A stretch of DNA of 64,000 nt, from the NCBI GenBank assembly GCA_963736855.1, contig CAVTQK010000014.1:8654-72653 (forward strand), read 5' to 3'. A model generated the notes under the pieces. It did not search any database. It saw only the letters and a list, made by a program, of their open reading frames with translations, and was not told the origin of the DNA. This document shows, piece after piece, positions 63,393 through 64,000 of this stretch. Both the position numbers and the translations under genes were made by a program. The stretch is from an uncultured delta proteobacterium (GTDB lineage Bacteria > Desulfobacterota > Desulfobacteria > Desulfobacterales > UBA2156). The stretch's first letter is position 1. Each line of letters starts with the position of its first letter.

Positions 63393-63641
63393 TTATCGAT
63401 AAACTTCTCGGCGATGACGAACTCTGTAAACAATTATGCTCTTATTTTCGATTTCAAACAACACCCTGTAATTCCCAACTCGCAAACGATATTCAGGTGT
63501 AAAATTTGTAAGCCGTTTAACATCTCCCGCCAAATCATCACCCATTCCTTCAATATCTTTGATGATTTTTGTTTGTATGCGTGATGATAGCTTTTCAATA
63601 TCCTTCACTGCTCTTGGTTTAAATTGTATTTCATATTTCAT
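63393..63641 (-). CDS. relE: RelE/ParE-family toxin (toxin-first TA cassette)
   Basis: A.KDIEKL, YRLRVGNYRVLF, RHRREVYR. Confidence 0.92.
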   Translation of the reverse strand: MKYEIQFKPRAVKDIEKLSSRIQTKIIKDIEGMGDDLAGDVKRLTNFTPEYRLRVGNYRVLFEIENKSIIVYRVRHRREVYR

Positions 63642-63899
63642 AATTTTACGAATCAAATTTATAGATCCTCATTTATGGGCGAACATATAATATACAGACT
63701 TATCTCTTTCGCTCTTGCAACAGATATTTTTATCTTTGACAACAATATTTAAGTTTCCCTTTATCAGAAAGTTTGTTTTGTGTCAAAATATCCAAATTGC
63801 ATAAGAAAAATAATTCCTTAGAAGGATGTCATCGATTTACAGCGAACACAATTGAAAGCGAGTCGCAGTCAATGTGTTATTGAAAAAGGAGGCTTCACC

Positions 63900-64000
63900 A
63901 TGGACTTTTTCGACGATGATTTCGAACTTGAAGATTTTGCCCTTATCGGCGGCTTAATCGGTGCTGTCGAGGAAGAATTAGAAGAGGAACGAAAGAAAAA
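63900..64000 (+). CDS. Acidic hypothetical protein, partial
   Basis: AGGAGG RBS; MDFFDDDFELEDF.. runs off the window. Confidence 0.5.
   Translation, partial: MDFFDDDFELEDFALIGGLIGAVEEELEEERKK

Larger units (their letters stand above)
52414..64000. mobile_element. tRNA-Leu-targeted integrative element/genomic island (continues beyond the window)
   Basis: att fragment, drop in GC content, cassette arrays, ArdC/DUF932/Rad52 module. Confidence 0.7.

Overview
Chromosomal window from an anaerobic, probably Desulfobacterota/Syntrophaceae-like bacterium (inferred from gene content). Many single-base frameshifts, including one in the essential ileS, point to uncorrected long-read/MAG indel errors. 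From 1 to about 49 kb: the tail of a molybdopterin oxidoreductase plus an Fe-S subunit with an inserted FAD/NAD(P) module; a core (folate-independent-type) methionine synthase; a two-component trio; a yhaO-yhaN/DUF1016/AAA/VapBC patch; a LIV ABC transporter; an Rsb-type partner-switching module co-oriented with a HisC-type aminotransferase and a xanthine-dehydrogenase-family enzyme; a collapsed IS91 remnant carrying copies of nearby host DNA; glgP-pyk; holA-lspA-ileS; and a panB-larA-TRAP cluster inside a decayed DeoR/DUF1537/PdxA2 operon. From about 49 kb: AbiE TA, a BrxL remnant and a tRNA-Leu 3' fragment (att site) with arm-type repeats on both sides. Beyond it lies an integrative element holding two integrase-less integron cassette arrays (8 complete attC sites plus 1 partial). 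Each array starts at a similar attI-like site, and together they bracket a Rad52/Sak, PD-(D/E)XK, DUF932 and ArdC recombination/anti-restriction module. This element is the most notable structure in the window.
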